Of a DNA stretch of 10,662 nucleotides, positions 6,738 through 10,662 are shown piece after piece. Positions within the stretch are counted from its first letter, which is position 1; the number at the start of each line of letters is the position of its first letter. A model generated the notes under the pieces. It made no database searches and was not told where the DNA came from. It worked only from the letters and a program-made list of their open reading frames with translations. The stretch spans positions 1-10,662 of the forward strand of contig JADGIF010000335.1 of assembly GCA_018985225.1 (NCBI GenBank), read 5' to 3'. The translations under genes and the position numbers were made by a program. Origin of the DNA: Amoeboradix gromovi X-113 (taxonomy: Eukaryota; Fungi; Sanchytriomycota).

Positions 6738-9507
6738 CTATTTACTCAAACTACTGCTAATTATCTCTTTAATACCTACCTCCTTTATCATTTTTAAGGC
6801 CAAGTCGCGCTCATGTTTTAACCCCACTTCGCTACCACCCATAAATCTCAACTCCTGGATTTGATTCCCATTTAACTTGTCCATGATCATCATGTTTATT
6901 TCTGTCTCTCTCGTATAGTAACCCTCTATTATCTCACTTATCAATATCATCAAATTTGGTACATCTTTACCTCGTACTTTGTACATGCTAAATTAGTAGC
7001 AACTACTCATTTAATTGTCGCTGTGTCAATATGTATTCCTGAACCAGATAAAGTATCATAAACACTACATCCTCAACCATGTGAAACACCCCATAAGTGC
7101 CCCCTACAGTGCCGTAATATACTTTATCGTCTTTACGCTCTAAGCAGTTTACTACGTCTCCCATATTGTATCCCTGTATACTCTTTAAATGGACCTCGTT
7201 GTTCATCAGATACACTTGTCCCCTGTCATCGCAAATGATTGTCAAGTCCTGATTCAGCTGATCCATGCACATTGTCCACTTGGGCCTGCTGTCCCTGTAA
7301 AGCGCTATGCATTTGTTTTTACTATCAATTGTGTACACAAATACACTTCTTATCATGTCTCCTATGAGTATGTTGTCCTCGAATACTTGTAAATCAATCA
7401 CCCTAGTGAATCTGCCCACGTGTTCAATTAAAATAAACCCATTCAGACTGTTTTTGTATATACTAAACTGGTTGAATTGCGCTATTATCAAGTATTCCTT
7501 GTATTCTTTTATAGCTACTACTGGTTGAATGCATTTTATAGTGGCAGTGGTGGTAAACACCCGATCAACCTCATTATAGCAAATTATGTTGACATTGCAA
7601 TCTACTCCTACCATAAAACATTGGCTGTTGGTATAGATTGCACTTACATTCCCATCATATTGCTGCTTGAGTACTAAATCATCGTTGTTTACATCAAGTA
7701 GCGACAATTTGTGTCCTGCTGTATGGTTGACTATCATTATTATGTAATCATTCCAATTTACGTAATAATCGCATTTGTCGTGTTCTGTAATGTAATACTT
7801 GTTCAATTCTCCTAGTTCACAGATATGGTATCCTTGTTTAGTGGTTATAAAGTATAGATCACCAAGCATGCATATCTGGATTATGTTTAAATTTAACTTG
7901 ATGAAGTCATTATTAATCATGATATAACTAACATCGCTGGTTATAAATACATTGTTATTGATCAAGTAGACACTAGTAGGTATGTTGCCGATTTGTATAC
8001 TGTTTATCAACGCTCCAGCATGTGTGTACACTCCAAATGATCCGTTTATAAATCCTACATAAATATGGTTGACATCCATTTGTATGCTATTAATGTCGTA
8101 TATGCCCATTGCTGTTATGATTTGGAAGTTCAAGTCTGTTTTATATAGTTGGTCGGTAGTGTATAGTATTGTGTTATTTAATGTGCAGCAATTTAAATAA
8201 GGAACTGCAGACTGATGAATTGGTGTATTTTCTTTGACAACATTATATTGTGCGCCATCCCTGCCAAATAGATAGAACACTTGATTGAATAAGCAACAAT
8301 CTACACTCATACTTATCAAAGACTCTCGCTGTTTTTTTATTTCATAAAGACCTGAAGGGGTGATCTGATACAATGTATTATTAACTGCAAAAAGCTGAAG
8401 AGTTGATTCGTTTACCTGACAAGGGTGCTCAATTTGGTTAATAGTCGAGTCGCAATATTCAAAACAGATGGAACGCTGGTTAAAGGATGTTATCAATAAA
8501 TGCTTCGAAGAATGAACCATCAATGGCAATAAATCAGAATGGATAAAACCATGCTGAATGAAAGGGATTCCTTTATGAATTGACATGGCTTTTGAAGGAT
8601 AAGCATTAGAAATAGTGTTGGTAACAGGAGAATTCAGATGCAATTTAGTAATTGGTGCTAATGACGAAATAGTATAAATTGGATCAAAAGTACTATTGAA
8701 AATGCAAAGATGAGAGTTGTTAAGAGAGCTGCCAATAAAAAAGTACTGATTAAATATAACAATAGTGGAAGCAATAACAAAAGAAGTAATAAATTCAATT
8801 TCAAAATCATTTTCCGTAATATATATGTAATAATAGTTTGCATCCATTGTACAGCATATGAGTTTATACAACACATTAAGTTTGTGCTTTGTCATTGGTA
8901 ACAAAGCAAAGCAAGTCACAATGTGTGGAAATGGTTTAGAGACATCTATGTTGCTATTTGTTAAGCGAAGATTCCCATCATAAATCATCATGGTTTTCGT
9001 ATTTGGAATACCGAACATTTTCATGTGGTCTTGCCTATTGTATTCCATTAAAATGGATTTGTATGGTTTGAGGGATTGATCAACTTTGTAAAACTCGACA
9101 CCATTTCTAGAAAGAATACAGACATCGTTACTGGCACATTGATATCCTGATATCATCTCACTGACTATATTCTTGCTAAATTTGACGATCTTGTTTACCA
9201 TAACCATGACGCGACAACGACTGATGAAAACTAGAGAATCTTTTACAACTACAACATGGTTGTAGGGTTGGTCTAGGACAATCAAGTCTTCCGAGTCAAT
9301 TGCGAGAAAATGCTGTCTAGAGAGTCCGTACAATTGATTATGGAATACAGCAAATTGTTGGATTGATTGATTGATTTGCCTAATTCGGACGAAATTAATA
9401 TCGCGCACTTCCACATGAGAAACGAACGCAATGTATATTAACGAGTTAAATACTATAGCATCATGAACACTCTTACCATATTCCAAAGTTTCTTGTAGTA
9501 AAAACAT
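6738..9507 (-). CDS. DDB1: DNA damage-binding protein 1 (CUL4 adaptor, beta-propeller protein), divergent, ~916 aa; exons 9507..7007 and 6987..6738
   Basis: DDB1-like segments: FFIGSSLNNSHL (~VFVGSRLGDSQL), SLAPITKL (~NLGPIVDM), ILIGDMIRSV (~ILVGDLMRSV), RDSRPKW (~RDFNPNW), YYGTVGGTYG (~LFGTVNGMIG), and in exon 2 SEIIEGYY (~GDLIESFL). The ORF-track GTG start (9612) lies inside the upstream gene; the first ATG is at 9507. SF3B3/CPSF160 are paralogous alternatives but fit these motifs less well. Confidence 0.8.
6988..7006 (-). other. 19-nt spliceosomal GT-AG intron in DDB1
   Basis: The minus strand reads AAT GA|gtagttgctactaatttag|C ATG TAC. Removal deletes the in-frame TAG and restores the frame (N-D-M-Y-K). 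A TACTAAT branch-point motif directly abuts TTAG. Confidence 0.8.
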
Positions 9508-9553
9508 GGAGAAGACGAGAAAGAAAATGTATTTACTGAATAGAGAGTAATAT

Positions 9554-10099
9554 TTATTGGCCAATAGCGGATCCCAAAGACAAAATATCTGTAGGTGAAA
9601 AGTTAGCTGCACTTAAAAGCTCATATCCCTTAGTATAGTTGCGAGTCTCAACTACTTTCTGAACATCGGACAGTTTCAATTTACCGCTATTTAAAGCGGC
9701 CAACAATTTCTTCTGCAGTTCAGAAGGGATCTTCTCCCAGGTGGGTTTATATTGATCAGGAATTGAACTGCTTGAGTAAGTAACTGGAGGAGAAGGAACG
9801 TTAGTACCTGGGCTACCTCTGGTTACCTGTCCTTTTGGTGGCCCGTGTGAAGGGGTTCCAGGTTTGTATTTTACCACAGGATTTCTAACACTTTGACTCT
9901 TTGAAGCATTTAATGCCTTTAACAATTCTAAAATTCGGCTAAAGAAAGGGGCGGCATTTGGTACAGTACTCTTAATTTGAGGCGCTATTGCAGTTAAGGC
10001 CTCTACGACGTTGGTTTTTCCATTGAGGACATCTGCCATCATCGAGTCAAATTGTGGTGCTGGAAATGCAAATATTGAAAACAAAATAACAGTCAACAT
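9554..10099 (-). CDS. Small secreted protein with Pro/Ser/Gly-rich linker, 181 aa
   Basis: Hydrophobic N-terminus MLTVILFSIFA followed by FPAPQ, a low-complexity centre (PGTPSHGPP...PGTNVPSPP), no cysteines, and a TAA stop within AATAAA. Confidence 0.78.
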   Translation of the reverse strand: MLTVILFSIFAFPAPQFDSMMADVLNGKTNVVEALTAIAPQIKSTVPNAAPFFSRILELLKALNASKSQSVRNPVVKYKPGTPSHGPPKGQVTRGSPGTNVPSPPVTYSSSSIPDQYKPTWEKIPSELQKKLLAALNSGKLKLSDVQKVVETRNYTKGYELLSAANFSPTDILSLGSAIGQ

Positions 10100-10662
10100 T
10101 TAGAAAGACTATTGAAATTTCTATTTATTAAAATTCTAGACAAGTTGATTGGCGCAAATGGGCAAATAGGGCTTGCAGTTTAATTGATTTTCCTTGGCTT
10201 TAATCTCTGAGTTCTAACAATTTGTATCTGCATTGCTTTTCAATTATTTTAATATCAAAAGTTTATGGTGTTCCTTTCAGGTTAAGAGACATTCGACAAA
10301 TAAAAATTATAGTGGAAGAACAATTGAAAACTATCAATAACACATAAGTTATAAAGACTAGAAAAGCGATTCACAGATGTAGGTGTCTGCGGAGTTGACG
10401 AGTATAAAAGGAAAATAAATAACTTTTTGGATCGAAATTTCAAAAATAAATATTCTGTACAGCTATTCTCTTACTCTTTCATCCAATCTTTATTTCAAAT
10501 AAAATATCACTATTACACTTCAAAGAAATAGATAAGAGTAATGATGTTAGTATAACACTGCAAAATGACTCTAGAAAAGAGTACCGTCTAAGAAAATGCA
10601 CCTTTTGCTTAGACACTCAAAGACCTTCACTATTTGAAAGAGATGCAGGGTCTTCTAGTTTT

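Noticed and set aside
7003-7005. Stop-codon reassignment or readthrough, or DDB1 pseudogene
   Set aside because: Readthrough meets a second TAG and stays out of frame with exon 2. TAA/TAG terminate other genes at expected positions. The 19-nt intron explains the break cleanly.
3894-8901. Short ORFs (61-77 aa) nested in the 7-TM, 397-aa and DDB1 genes
   Set aside because: Fully overlapped by better-supported genes, with no recognisable motifs.
9508-9612. GTG-initiated N-terminal extension of DDB1 overlapping the secreted gene
   Set aside because: A prokaryotic start-codon artefact. The ATG at 9507 removes the overlap and fits the expected DDB1 start.

Overview
AT-rich, extremely gene-dense eukaryotic nuclear DNA read with the standard code. 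It is not prokaryotic, so the ORF track's TTG/GTG starts are probably wrong. There are seven protein genes: MCM6 (+), LAMTOR3/MP1 (-), two tandem paralogous ~250-aa 7-TM proteins (+), an orphan 397-aa protein (-), a shortened and divergent DDB1 (-) and a small secreted protein (-). The best discovery is a 19-nt GT-AG intron (6988..7006, minus strand) with a TACTAAT branch point fused to the 3' splice site. Splicing it joins the two separately listed ORFs (7003..9612 and 6738..6986) into one 916-aa DDB1. Other streamlining signatures are AATAAA poly(A) signals built into or right beside stop codons, spacers as short as 23-79 bp, and a C-rich-5' to G-rich-3' gradient on the coding strand of the long genes. 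A compact early-diverging fungal/holomycotan-like genome is plausible, but that is inference only. No rRNA, tRNA, CRISPR array or clear mobile element was seen.
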